A stretch of DNA of 64,000 nucleotides from Patescibacteria group bacterium (GTDB lineage: Bacteria > Patescibacteriota > Patescibacteriia > 2-12-FULL-57-11): positions 658,893 through 722,892 of the forward strand of contig SCUL01000002.1 of the NCBI GenBank assembly GCA_004297205.1. Direction: 5' to 3'. Shown here one piece after another: positions 10,094 to 19,625 of the stretch. The notes beneath the pieces are model-generated. The model was not told where the DNA came from and made no database searches. It was given only the letters and a program-made list of their open reading frames with translations. Positions within the stretch are counted from its first letter, which is position 1, and each line of letters opens with the position of its first letter. The translations under genes were made by a program, and so were the position numbers.

Positions 10094-11917
10094 GTGGCTC
10101 TTTCCGACCGTTTTTCCCGGCTCCGCAGCCAACACCCCGCACCCGCGGGAGCGGGCGCGGATCTCAACAAACGGCTCCTGACCCGGTTGTCGCCCCGCCG
10201 CACCCCCAGCTGGCGGCAGCTGCGGTATTTACCGACGGTGCTCTCCCGCGTTGAGCGGCGCGTTGCCGCGAGTCTTCTCGCGGTCGTCTTTGTCGGACTC
10301 GGCGTCATGGCGGTGCGCGTCTGGCAGCTCCACGTCGTCTCCGTGCCGGCGCGCGGCGGCGAATACATCGAAGGGCTCGTCGGCGCGCCGACCTACATCA
10401 ACCCGCTGTTCGCGAGCGCCAACGAGGTCGATCTCGACCTGACGCGGCTCGTCTACAGCGGGCTCATGCGCACCACGCCCGAAGGCACGGTCGTGCCGGA
10501 CTTGGCGGAGTCCGTGGAAACGAGCGAAGACGGAAAGACCATCACCGCCCAGCTGCGCGCGGGCCTGCGTTTCCATGACGGCAAGACGCTGACCACGGAC
10601 GACATCCTGTTCACGTTCGAGGCCATTCAGAATCCGGCCTACAAGAGTCCGTACGCGGGGAGCTTCAAGGGAGTGACGATCGCCGCTCCCGACGAACACA
10701 CCGTCACCTTCACGCTGTCCGAGCCCTACGCGCCGTTTTTGACGGCGCTGACCGTCGGCATCCTGCCTGCGCACCTGTGGCGCGACGTGCCGCCGCAGAG
10801 CGCCAACTTGGCCGAGTTCAACCTCAAACCGATTGGCAGCGGCCCCTACAAGTTCAAGGCGTTTTCCCGCGACCGCGTCGGCACCATCCGCAGCTACACC
10901 TTCGAACGGTTTTCCGACAACGGCGGCTCCGGTCCCTTCATCAACCGCGTGGCCTTCCGGTTCTTCCCGGATTTCGATTCGGCGGTCGAGGCCTACCGCA
11001 GCCGCCAGATCGACGGTCTGGGGTTTGCGCCCACCAGCTTGCGCGACCGGCTGCGCGGCCGCCACGACGCCAACGAATACCCGCTGGCCCTGCCGCAGTA
11101 CACGGCGCTGTTTTTCAACCAGAAGCGCGCCGAGGTCTTGAAAGACCCGCAGGTCCGCGAGGCGCTGACGGTGGCGCTCGACCGCGAACGCATCATCGCC
11201 GACGCGCTGCAGGGCGCCGGGGAGCTCGTCGACGGTCCGGTCTTTCCCGGCTTCGCCGGCGTGACCTCGACGCCGCCGCGCGCCGCATTCGACCCGGACA
11301 AGGCGGCGCAGCTCCTCGAGAAGGCCGGCTGGGCCCTGCCCGAGGGCGGCGGTCCGCGCGTGAAATCCACCAAGGACAGCCGCGGCCGCGTCACCGCGAC
11401 GACCACCCTCACCCTCACCCTCACGACCGCGCAGCGCGACGAGACGAGCATGGCCGCCAAAGCCGTCGCCGACACCTGGCGCGCGCTCGGCATCGACGTG
11501 AAGGTGGACGAAGTGCCGGCCGCACGCATGCAGCGCGACGTGCTGCGTCCCCACGCCTACGACGTGCTTCTCTACGGCCAGATCCTCGGCCGCGATCCGG
11601 ATCCGCTGCCGTTCTGGCACAGCGGGCACGCCGTCGAGGGCGGCTTCAACCTGGCGCTGTATGCGAACCGCAACGCCGATGCGCTGCTCGAAGAAGCCCG
11701 CAAGGAACAGGACGCCGAGAAGCGCGGCCTGCTGTACACGCGGTTCGCGAGCCTCGTCGTGTCCGAGCACGCTGCCGCGTTCCTGTACCGGCCGGTCTAT
11801 CCGTACTTCGTGACGACCGCCGTGAAGGGGGTCCGGGCCGACGAGATCGCCGTGCCGGCAGACCGTTTTTCCGGGGTTGCCGATTGGTACATCAAGACGC
11901 GCAAGGGGTGGCGGTAG
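10094..11917 (+). CDS. ABC transporter substrate-binding protein, family 5 (oligopeptide/nickel type)
   Basis: 607 aa with an N-terminal TM anchor and family-5 SBP-like core. GTG start. Confidence 0.7.
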   Translation: MALSDRFSRLRSQHPAPAGAGADLNKRLLTRLSPRRTPSWRQLRYLPTVLSRVERRVAASLLAVVFVGLGVMAVRVWQLHVVSVPARGGEYIEGLVGAPTYINPLFASANEVDLDLTRLVYSGLMRTTPEGTVVPDLAESVETSEDGKTITAQLRAGLRFHDGKTLTTDDILFTFEAIQNPAYKSPYAGSFKGVTIAAPDEHTVTFTLSEPYAPFLTALTVGILPAHLWRDVPPQSANLAEFNLKPIGSGPYKFKAFSRDRVGTIRSYTFERFSDNGGSGPFINRVAFRFFPDFDSAVEAYRSRQIDGLGFAPTSLRDRLRGRHDANEYPLALPQYTALFFNQKRAEVLKDPQVREALTVALDRERIIADALQGAGELVDGPVFPGFAGVTSTPPRAAFDPDKAAQLLEKAGWALPEGGGPRVKSTKDSRGRVTATTTLTLTLTTAQRDETSMAAKAVADTWRALGIDVKVDEVPAARMQRDVLRPHAYDVLLYGQILGRDPDPLPFWHSGHAVEGGFNLALYANRNADALLEEARKEQDAEKRGLLYTRFASLVVSEHAAAFLYRPVYPYFVTTAVKGVRADEIAVPADRFSGVADWYIKTRKGWR

Positions 11918-12087
11918 TCGGCGACGGGCACGCGTCTCTCGGAACCGCGGTCCGTCCCGACCCGGGCGGGACGTCCGCTACCGCTCAGCCGACGCGGCGG
12001 TCGGCTTCCGCGAGTTTCCTGGAGCCGCATGCCCGTCGCCTGGGGGTTGTGGGGAGAGGCGGGGCGTGGTACAACTTTTCACCGAAC

Positions 12088-12174
12088 GGGCGAGTGGCGG
12101 AACTGGCAGACGCACTAGCTTCAGGAGCTAGCGGGCGCAAGCTCTTAAGGGTTCGACTCCCTTCTCGCCCACCA
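12088..12174 (+). tRNA. tRNA-Leu (anticodon CAG), class II with long variable arm, CCA encoded
   Basis: 7-bp acceptor GGGCGAG/CTCGCCC, anticodon loop TTCAGGA, long variable arm, T-arm AAGGG-TTCGACT-CCCTT, 3' ACCA. Confidence 0.85.
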
Positions 12175-12210
12175 GGGTAAATCAGATACGAGGGATGGAG
12201 TCGAACGGAT

Positions 12211-12239
12211 TTGACAAAAGCTGAAATTTTTGGCATAAT
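12211..12239 (+). promoter_or_regulatory. strong sigma70-type promoter TTGACA-17 nt-CATAAT upstream of RNase J
   Basis: Consensus -35, 17-nt spacer and near-consensus -10, about 200 nt upstream of the RNase J start. Confidence 0.6.
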
Positions 12240-12438
12240 ACTCACGATGTTTCTTGCCCCCCGCCCTGGCGGGGCGGCCCGTCCCGCTCAGCGGGACCCG
12301 TTCCTTCAGAACCAGTAGTCAGAGGATGCTTTCCGAGTTTTTGGTTTTTCGGAAACCCTCCGTTGATTATTCGTGCGCCGGACACGCCGCAGGGCCTGCG
12401 TATCGCCCGCTTCCGTAGCCGCCGCAACCACACAACAC

Positions 12439-14268
12439 ATGTCACCACAGAACACTCCGACGTCGTCCCAGGCGCCGTCCCGCTCAGCGGGACCGCGCCG
12501 CGACGACCGTCGCCATTTCCGCGGCCGCGGGCCGCGGGGACCGCGTCCCCCGGGCGCATCCGTGCCGCAGGGAGCTCCGCACATCAAGGAGTTCACCGGC
12601 GCTGACGGCAAGAAACTCAAGATCATCGTGCTCGGCGGCCTCGAAGAGGTCGGCCGGAATTGCACGTTGGTCGAATACGAAAACGACATCATCTTCATCG
12701 ACATGGGGCTGCAGTTCCCGGAAGAGGACCAGCCCGGGGTGGACTACATCATCCCCAACATGTCCTACGTCCGCGGCAAAGAAAAGAACATCCGCGGCGT
12801 GATCATCACCCACGGCCATTACGACCACATCGGGGCCATCCCGCACGTCGTGCCGCGCATCGGCAATCCGCCGGTCTTCGGGCTGCCGATGACCGCGGGC
12901 ATCATCAAGAAGCGCCAGGAAGATTTTGAAGGCGTGAAGATCAACATCCGCGAGGTGAAGATCGACGACCGGCTCGTGCTCGGCAACTTCCAGGTCGAGT
13001 TCGTGCACATCAACCACTCCATTCCCGACGCCGTGGCCGTCGTCGTCCATACGCCGGTCGGTACCATCATCCATACCGGCGACTGGAAATTCGACTACAC
13101 GCCGATCGGCGCACCGCCGGCCGACTTCATCAAACTGGCTTCGCTGGGCGCCCGCGGCGTGCTCGCGCTCATGGGCGACTCCACGAACGCCGCCCATGCC
13201 GGTCACCAGATTTCGGAGCGCGAAATCGCCAACACGCTGCGGTTGATCCTGGAGAAGGCGCAGGGCCGCGTCATTGTCGGCACCTTCGCCTCGCTTTTGG
13301 GCCGCGTCCGCCAGATCTTCGACATCGCCCAGGACCTGGGCAAGAAGGTCGCGCTCGACGGCTACTCCATGAAGACCAACGTGGAGATCGCCCGCGTGCT
13401 CAAGTACATCAACATCAAGCCGGGTACGCTCATCGACATCGCCCAGATCAACGACTACCCCAAGGACAAGGTCGTGGTAGTCTGCACCGGCGCCCAGGGC
13501 GAAGAGCGGGCCTCGCTCATGCGCATCGCCAACGATGAGCACCGCTCGGTCCGCATTCAGCCGGCGGACACGGTCATCTTTTCGTCCTCCGTCATTCCGG
13601 GGAACGAGCGCACCGTGCAGCGGCTCAAGGACACGCTCTACCGCAAGGGCGCGGACGTCATCCATTACCAGATGATGGACGTGCACGCCGGCGGCCACGC
13701 CATGAAGGAAGACATCAAGTTGATGCTCCTTCTCCTGAAGCCGAAGTACTACATCCCCATCGAGGGCAACCACTTCCTGCTGCGTGAAAACGCCAAGGTG
13801 GCCGCCATGATGGGCATCCCCAAGGAGAACATCTTCGTCGCCGACAACGGCCAGGTCATGGAATTCGTGGCCGGCGGCAAGGGGCGCCTCTCCGACGTCA
13901 AAGTGATGGCCGACTACGTCTTCGTGGACGGCCTCGGGGTGGGCGACATCTCGGAAGTCGTGCTGCGCGACCGCCAGGCGCTGGCCGAAGACGGCATGGT
14001 CGTCGTCGTCGCACCGGTCGCCAAGCGCACCGGCGGGCTCGCCGGTAATCTCGAGATCGTCTCGCACGGCTTCGTGCAGGTGGAACATAACCAGGCGCTG
14101 ATCGACGAGCTGAAGAAACACGTCGAGAAGATCCTGATCGACAAAGACACCAAGAGCGAAGCCGACCCCGACGACATCAAGCGCAAGATCCGCGACGACG
14201 TCGGCGCCTTCCTTTTTACGAAGACGCAGCGTCGGCCGATGATCCTGCCGGTGATCATCGAGGTGTAA
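12439..14268 (+). CDS. rnj: ribonuclease J (metallo-beta-lactamase/beta-CASP RNase)
   Basis: KLKIIVLGGLEEVGRNCTLVEY N-terminal pattern, HGHYDHIG metal motif and full beta-CASP/C-terminal domain. Start uncertain: ATG 12439 or GTG 12373. Both give an Arg/Pro-rich low-complexity N-terminal extension. Confidence 0.9.
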   Translation: MSPQNTPTSSQAPSRSAGPRRDDRRHFRGRGPRGPRPPGASVPQGAPHIKEFTGADGKKLKIIVLGGLEEVGRNCTLVEYENDIIFIDMGLQFPEEDQPGVDYIIPNMSYVRGKEKNIRGVIITHGHYDHIGAIPHVVPRIGNPPVFGLPMTAGIIKKRQEDFEGVKINIREVKIDDRLVLGNFQVEFVHINHSIPDAVAVVVHTPVGTIIHTGDWKFDYTPIGAPPADFIKLASLGARGVLALMGDSTNAAHAGHQISEREIANTLRLILEKAQGRVIVGTFASLLGRVRQIFDIAQDLGKKVALDGYSMKTNVEIARVLKYINIKPGTLIDIAQINDYPKDKVVVVCTGAQGEERASLMRIANDEHRSVRIQPADTVIFSSSVIPGNERTVQRLKDTLYRKGADVIHYQMMDVHAGGHAMKEDIKLMLLLLKPKYYIPIEGNHFLLRENAKVAAMMGIPKENIFVADNGQVMEFVAGGKGRLSDVKVMADYVFVDGLGVGDISEVVLRDRQALAEDGMVVVVAPVAKRTGGLAGNLEIVSHGFVQVEHNQALIDELKKHVEKILIDKDTKSEADPDDIKRKIRDDVGAFLFTKTQRRPMILPVIIEV

Positions 14269-14278
14269 GAAACGGAAC

Positions 14279-14306
14279 AAAGGGCGGGGCAACCCGCCTT
14301 TTGTGT
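14279..14306 (+). terminator. rho-independent terminator after rnj
   Basis: GGGCGGGGCAACCCGCC hairpin followed by TTTTGTGTTT. Confidence 0.7.
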
Positions 14307-14360
14307 TTATCTTGACGTTTCCCCTATTTTCCTGTATCTTCCTGTGGCATCCTTTGAAAA

Positions 14361-14748
14361 GACGCCCAGGAAACCAGACGACCGCGGCGATTCCTTCGGG
14401 AATCGTTGAGGAAAGTCCGAACACCGATGCCGTCGCAAGGCGGCATGAGTGGCAGTCGCGAAATGCGACCGGGAGCAAGGGATCGATCGTTCTCTCGGGT
14501 TACGAGAGAGTGGCTGATCCTCCAAGCCCAGGGACAGTGCAACAGAAAAGACACCGCCGATGGCCCCGCAAGGGGATCAGGTAAGGTTGAAATCGTGGGG
14601 TAAGAGCCCACGCGGGACATGCCTCGTGAGGGGCGCCGTGGAAAACACCTGCCCGGTGCAAGAGCAAGTTTGGTCGCTCGCATAGAGAGATGGTCGTCAC
14701 TCCGCTTCGGCGGGGGACAGAATTCGGCTTACCGGTTTGCTGGGTGTC
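14361..14748 (+). ncRNA. rnpB: RNase P RNA, bacterial type A
   Basis: P4 strands GAGGAAAGTCCG (14408-14419) and ACAGAATTCGGCTTAC (14717-14732). A long run matches the E. coli M1 RNA core: CCAGGGACAGTGCAACAGAAAAGACACCGCCGATGGCCCCGCAAGGGGATCAGGTAAGGTTGAAATCGTGGGGTAAGAGCCCAC. A ~15-bp P1 helix pairs the 5' and 3' ends. All ORFs across it are artefacts. Confidence 0.9.
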
Positions 14749-14758
14749 TTTTGAGAGG

Positions 14759-16162
14759 ATGCTTTTTCGTATGATGAAACGCCTCGATCTCGCGTTTCTG
14801 GCCCTGCGCCTGCCGCTCGACTACTTCGCCATCCTCGGCGCCGGTATCGCGGCCTATTTTCTTCGCTTCCAAACGTTCGCCGAATTCCGTCCGGCCACGG
14901 AAATCATCAGCTTCCCGGCCTACCTCGCGCTCATCTCCGTCGGCGCGCTGCTGTGGATGGGAGCACTTGCGCTCTCCCGGCTGTATGCGCCCGGCCGCAT
15001 CCGCACGCTGGATGAAATCGGCCGCATCCTTGCGGGTTGCTCCACGGCGCTTGCGGTGCTCGTGCTCGTCATCTTTTTCCGGCGAGAATTGTTCGCCTCA
15101 CGTTTTATCGTGCTCGCGGTCTGGGCGCTGTCGATCGTCTTCCTCTTTGTGGAACGCATGGCGCTCCGGGCCCTGCAGACCTACCTCTATAAGAAGCGCT
15201 ATGGGAACCGCGCCATCGCGGTCGTCGGCTCCGGCCGCGCCGCGGGCGCCGTCGCCAAGGAGCTGGCCGCTGCCCCGACCATGGGCTACGAGGTGCGCGG
15301 CAGCGTGCCGGACCTCTCCGAAAAGAGCCTGGCCCGCCTGAAGAAGTTGCGGGCTGAAGCGCGCGGACTCGAGGAAATCTTCCTGGCCGATCCGACCGTG
15401 CCTGCCGCTGACCTGGCCCGCCTCTTGGAATTTTCCGATGCCTATCAGGTCGGCATCCGCTACAACGCGGACCTGCTCGCCGGCCGGCGCGTCGGTTTTG
15501 ACGTCGCCATGTTCGGCGGCGTGCCGTTCGTCGAAGTGAAGCGCACCCCGCTCGAGGGCTGGGGCCGCATCTACAAGCGCGCCTTCGATATCATCGCGGC
15601 GGCCGTCTTGCTCGTCCTCACGAGTCCGCTGCTTCTTGTCGTGGCGCTGTCGGTGAGAGCGACCTCGCCGGGTCCGGTGCTCTTCATCCGCAAGCGGGTG
15701 GGGGAGAACGGCCGGCTGTTTCCGTTCTTCAAGTTCCGCTCGATGCGGCTCGATGCGCCGGAAGACTTGGCCGAGCGCAAACGCCACTCGGAGCGGCCGG
15801 GCATCATCCCCAAGCTTCCGGACAACAGCCGTTGGGTGACGCCGGTCGGCCGCTTCATCCGTCGCTGGAGCATCGACGAGCTGCCGCAGCTTTTGAATGT
15901 CCTGCGCGGGGAGATGAGCCTGGTCGGTCCGCGCCCGCATCTGCCCGAGGAAGTCGCGCAGTACGCCGCGCACCACAAAAAACTGCTTCTGGTGAAGCCG
16001 GGCGTCACCGGTCTGGCCCAGATTTCGGGGCGCGCCGACCTGACCTTCGAGGACGAAGCCGCCTTGGATCTTTCTTATATCGAACGCTGGTCGCCCAAGC
16101 TCGACCTCTCCATTTTGTTCAAAACGCCGCTCGCGGTGTTGTCCAAGAAGGGCTCGTATTAG
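14759..16162 (+). CDS. polyprenyl-phosphate sugar phosphotransferase (bacterial sugar transferase, WbaP/EPS family)
   Basis: Internal Met of ORF 14690..16162; the upstream part overlaps rnpB. N-terminal TM helices; C-terminal PF02397-like domain (RAFDIIAA...LFIRKRVGENGR..FKFRSM...DELPQLLNVLRGEMSLVGPRP...KPGVTGLAQI). Confidence 0.8.
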   Translation: MLFRMMKRLDLAFLALRLPLDYFAILGAGIAAYFLRFQTFAEFRPATEIISFPAYLALISVGALLWMGALALSRLYAPGRIRTLDEIGRILAGCSTALAVLVLVIFFRRELFASRFIVLAVWALSIVFLFVERMALRALQTYLYKKRYGNRAIAVVGSGRAAGAVAKELAAAPTMGYEVRGSVPDLSEKSLARLKKLRAEARGLEEIFLADPTVPAADLARLLEFSDAYQVGIRYNADLLAGRRVGFDVAMFGGVPFVEVKRTPLEGWGRIYKRAFDIIAAAVLLVLTSPLLLVVALSVRATSPGPVLFIRKRVGENGRLFPFFKFRSMRLDAPEDLAERKRHSERPGIIPKLPDNSRWVTPVGRFIRRWSIDELPQLLNVLRGEMSLVGPRPHLPEEVAQYAAHHKKLLLVKPGVTGLAQISGRADLTFEDEAALDLSYIERWSPKLDLSILFKTPLAVLSKKGSY

Positions 16163-16248
16163 GGCGTAGAGGGTGGGGGTAGCGTGTCGGGGCGCGATGA
16201 CCGCGCCCCTGCTGTTTTTTTCTGGGAATCCGGTAAAGTGAGCCGGCT

Positions 16249-17361
16249 ATGCGGATCGCGCTTGTCCACGATTACCTGTCCCAGGACGGCGGGGCGGAGC
16301 GGGTGCTCCGGGCCATGCATGAGCTGTGGCCGGAAGCCCCGATCTTCACCCTGTTCCACGACCCGGAACGGGCCAACCCGGCCTTCCGGGAGATGCGGAT
16401 CGTGACCTCCTCCCTGCAGCGGGTGCCGCTTGCGGTGCGCCACTTCCGCTGGTTCCTGCCGGCCATGCCGCTCGCCACCGAGAGCCACGACCTGTCCGGC
16501 TACGACTTGGTGCTCTCCTCCAGCTCGATGTTCGCCAAGGGCGTGATCACGTCGCCGGAGACCCTGCACCTTTCCTATTGCCACACGCCGACGCGTTTCC
16601 TCTGGACGGACCGCCGGACCTACCTCGACCAGAACGTGCCGACCCCGCTGCGCCGCCTGCTGCCGCCCATCATGACCGCGCTGCGCAGCTGGGACCGTTT
16701 GTCCGTGGAGCGCGTCGACCGTTTCATCGCCAATTCCCGGACCGTCGCCGACCGCATTTGGAAGTACTACCAGCGCCGCGCCGACGTCCTGCATCCGCCG
16801 GTCGACGTTTCCGCCTTCACGGTCGGGCAAGGAACCGGCGGCTACTACCTGACGGGCGGCCGGCTCGTCGCCTACAAGCGGTTCGACCTGGCGGTGCGCG
16901 CCTTCTCGAAGCTCGGCGTGCCGCTCAAGGTCTTCGGCGAAGGGCCGGAGCTGCGGGCGCTCCGCGGCATGGCCAAACGCAACGTGGAATTCCTGGGCCG
17001 CGTCGACGACGCCACGCGCGCCGCGCTGTACCGCGACGCCGCGGCGTTCGTCCATCCGCAGATCGAAGATTTCGGCATCACCGCGCTTGAAGCCATGGCC
17101 AGCGGACGGCCGGTCATCGCCTATCCCTCCGGCGGCGCCACCGAAACCGTGAAGAGCGGGGAGACCGGCGTTTTTTTCGACGAGCAGTCCTGGGAAAATC
17201 TGGCCCATGCCGTGATCCGCTTCGCGCCCGAGCGTTTCGATCCGGCGCGCATCCGCGCCCACGCCGAGCAGTTCGCCACGCCGCTCTTTTTGTCGCGGCT
17301 CTCCGGCTACGTCGCCGAGCGCTACCGCGAATTCCGCGACGGCCGCTTCGAGCGGCGTTGA
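16249..17361 (+). CDS. glycosyltransferase family 4 (GT-B)
   Basis: MRIALVHDYL... N-terminus and a C-terminal EDFGITALEAMASGRPVIA GT4 sugar-donor motif. Confidence 0.8.
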   Translation: MRIALVHDYLSQDGGAERVLRAMHELWPEAPIFTLFHDPERANPAFREMRIVTSSLQRVPLAVRHFRWFLPAMPLATESHDLSGYDLVLSSSSMFAKGVITSPETLHLSYCHTPTRFLWTDRRTYLDQNVPTPLRRLLPPIMTALRSWDRLSVERVDRFIANSRTVADRIWKYYQRRADVLHPPVDVSAFTVGQGTGGYYLTGGRLVAYKRFDLAVRAFSKLGVPLKVFGEGPELRALRGMAKRNVEFLGRVDDATRAALYRDAAAFVHPQIEDFGITALEAMASGRPVIAYPSGGATETVKSGETGVFFDEQSWENLAHAVIRFAPERFDPARIRAHAEQFATPLFLSRLSGYVAERYREFRDGRFERR

Positions 17362-17364
17362 CCT

Positions 17365-18546
17365 ATGCTGGTCTTTGACGCGCGTTCGCTGGCCGACGCC
17401 AAACCGAGCGGCGTGCACGGCGTGACCCGCGCCTGGGCGCGCGGGCTCGCCGCGGCGCTTCCTCCGGGTGCGTTCGTGGCCGTAGCCAATGCCGCCGGCG
17501 CCGGAGCGGTGCGGGCCCGCGCCGCACTCGGTCCCGACGTGCCGCTCGTGGTGCGCCGCTTTCCCAACAAGCTCCTGCATGCCGCCATGCGTTTCCTTGG
17601 CGTCCCGACCATCGAAGCGTTGGCCCGCGCCCCGCGCGGATCAACGGTCATCGCCAATCCGCATTTCCTGCGCGTGCGGCCGGACGCGACGTTCGTGCTG
17701 ATCGTGCATGACCTCTCGTATTTCCGCGAGCCGCACTTTTTTTCCCGGCGGATGCGGCTGTGGCACCGGGTGGTCGACTTTCCGCGGCTCATCGCCCGGG
17801 CTGACCGCATCGCCGTCTGTTCGGCCCACACCAAGCGCGACCTGATGGAACTGTTCGCCGTGCCTGCCGCGAAGATCGGCATCATCCGTCCGTCGATCGA
17901 TCCTGCGCTGTTCTCTCCGCCGGCCGCGGCGGCCCGTGACGCCGCGCGCGCGGCCCGCGGCATTCCACGCGACTATGCCTTCGTCTTTTCGGACGGGCCG
18001 CGCAAGAACCTGGCCGCGGCGCTCTCCGGCATCGCCGCCGCGAAGACCGACCTGGCCGTTGTGGTGGCCGGCTCCGAACACCCAAAGGCCGTCGCCGCCG
18101 CGGCACGCGCCGCGGGGATCGCGGAACGCGTGCTGGCGCTCGGCTACTGCGACGACCGGGAGCGTGCAGCGCTTTTGTCCGGGGCGCGGCTCTTGCTCTA
18201 TCCCTCGCTCTACGAAGGCTTCGGACTGCCGCCGCTCGAAGCCATGGCGCTCGGCGTTCCGGTCATCGCCGCCCACGGCTCGGCACTCGGGGAAACGGCC
18301 GGGGACGCCGCGGTCCTTGTGGATCCGCAGGATGCCGCTTCCGTGACCTGCGCGGTGGAGAGGGTGCTCTCCGAGCCCGCCGCGACGGCCGCCCGCGTGG
18401 CCCGGGGGCGGGAGCGGGCCGCTGCGTTACGCCCGGAAAAAGCGGTCAAAGACCTGCTCATGCTCATCAAAGACGCCCGCCACGCGCCGCTCCGGGCGAA
18501 GCGGGCCGCCGCTGTGGTACACTACCGCCATGCGCATCGGGATTGA
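17365..18546 (+). CDS. glycosyltransferase family 4 (GT-B)
   Basis: YEGFGLPPLEAMALGVPVIA motif. The start lies 4 nt after the previous stop. Confidence 0.75.
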   Translation: MLVFDARSLADAKPSGVHGVTRAWARGLAAALPPGAFVAVANAAGAGAVRARAALGPDVPLVVRRFPNKLLHAAMRFLGVPTIEALARAPRGSTVIANPHFLRVRPDATFVLIVHDLSYFREPHFFSRRMRLWHRVVDFPRLIARADRIAVCSAHTKRDLMELFAVPAAKIGIIRPSIDPALFSPPAAAARDAARAARGIPRDYAFVFSDGPRKNLAAALSGIAAAKTDLAVVVAGSEHPKAVAAAARAAGIAERVLALGYCDDRERAALLSGARLLLYPSLYEGFGLPPLEAMALGVPVIAAHGSALGETAGDAAVLVDPQDAASVTCAVERVLSEPAATAARVARGRERAAALRPEKAVKDLLMLIKDARHAPLRAKRAAAVVHYRHAHRD

Positions 18547-19621
18547 CGCGCGAATGGCCGGTGAAACGGGAATCGGCCGGTACGTCACGCGGCTCGTGGA
18601 GGAGCTCGCCGCGATGCGCCCGCCTGGGTTTGAATTCGTGCTCTTTGAGAGAAATCCTGCCGCCGGAAAATTCGCCGCAACCGGCTTTCCGTCCGTGGCG
18701 GCGCCGCCGCGCTGGTACACCGTCCGCGAGCAGCTTCAGATGCCCGGCATCTTCCGCCGCGAGCGGCTCGACCTGCTGCACGTGCCGCATTGGAACGTGC
18801 CGCTCCTGCCGGTCGGCGCGCCGGTCGTGGTGACGATTCACGACCTGATCCTGCTGACGCATCCCAGCCGTCGCGCATCGCTCGGCGGACCGCTGCGCCA
18901 CGTCGTGAAGAATGCCGCCTACCGCCGCGTGCTCAGGCACGCCCTGCGCGGCAGTCGGAAGATCATCGCCGTGTCCGAGACGACCGCCGCCGACATCCGT
19001 CGGCATGATCCGTCCGTCGCGGACAAGGTCGTGGCCATTCCGCTCGGCGGTCCGGAGCTCGCGGCGCGATCCGCAGCGGCTGTTCCGCCGCCTGCCGGAC
19101 GTTACTTGCTCTACGTCGGCAATGCCTACCCGCATAAAGACGTGGAGACGCTCCTTGCCGCGGTTGCAATGCTGCGCGCCTTGCCGGAGTTCGGCGATGT
19201 GCGTCTGCTCTGGATCGGTCAGGACGATTTCTTTTCGAAGCGCGTGCGCGCTTCGGACGCCTGGCGGAAACTCGGAGAGGTCGCCGCGTGGCTCGGAGCG
19301 GTCGGCGACGCTGAACTGGCCGCCGCCTACCGCGGCGCCCAAGCGCTCGTGACTGCGACGCGCGCCGAGGGCTTCGGCCTGACGCCGCTCGAAGCGCTGG
19401 CCTTCGGCACGCCTGCGGTCGTCACCGACATTCCCGTGCACCGCGAAGTGCTCGGTGCCGCCGCACGCTACGCCCCGCCCGGAAACGCCGCCGGTCTCGC
19501 CGCTGCAATCGCAGCCACGCTCCGCGATCCGCAGGCCCGCGCCGTGGCCGCCCCCTCCCGTTTCTCCTGGCACCGCATGGCCGAACAGACACTCACCGTT
19601 TACGCCGCAGCCCTCGCATAA
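18530..19621 (+). CDS. glycosyltransferase family 4 (GT-B)
   Basis: MRIGIDAR... N-terminus and AEGFGLTPLEALAFGTPAVV motif. Overlaps the previous gene by 17 nt. Confidence 0.75.
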   Translation: MRIGIDARMAGETGIGRYVTRLVEELAAMRPPGFEFVLFERNPAAGKFAATGFPSVAAPPRWYTVREQLQMPGIFRRERLDLLHVPHWNVPLLPVGAPVVVTIHDLILLTHPSRRASLGGPLRHVVKNAAYRRVLRHALRGSRKIIAVSETTAADIRRHDPSVADKVVAIPLGGPELAARSAAAVPPPAGRYLLYVGNAYPHKDVETLLAAVAMLRALPEFGDVRLLWIGQDDFFSKRVRASDAWRKLGEVAAWLGAVGDAELAAAYRGAQALVTATRAEGFGLTPLEALAFGTPAVVTDIPVHREVLGAAARYAPPGNAAGLAAAIAATLRDPQARAVAAPSRFSWHRMAEQTLTVYAAALA

Positions 19622-19625
19622 CCGC

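Noticed and set aside
19455-19625. Upstream extension of the DUF4012-like gene starting at 19455
   Set aside because: It overlaps the third GT4 gene by 167 nt in another frame and is Pro-rich. The ATG at 19626, directly after the GT4 stop, is preferred.
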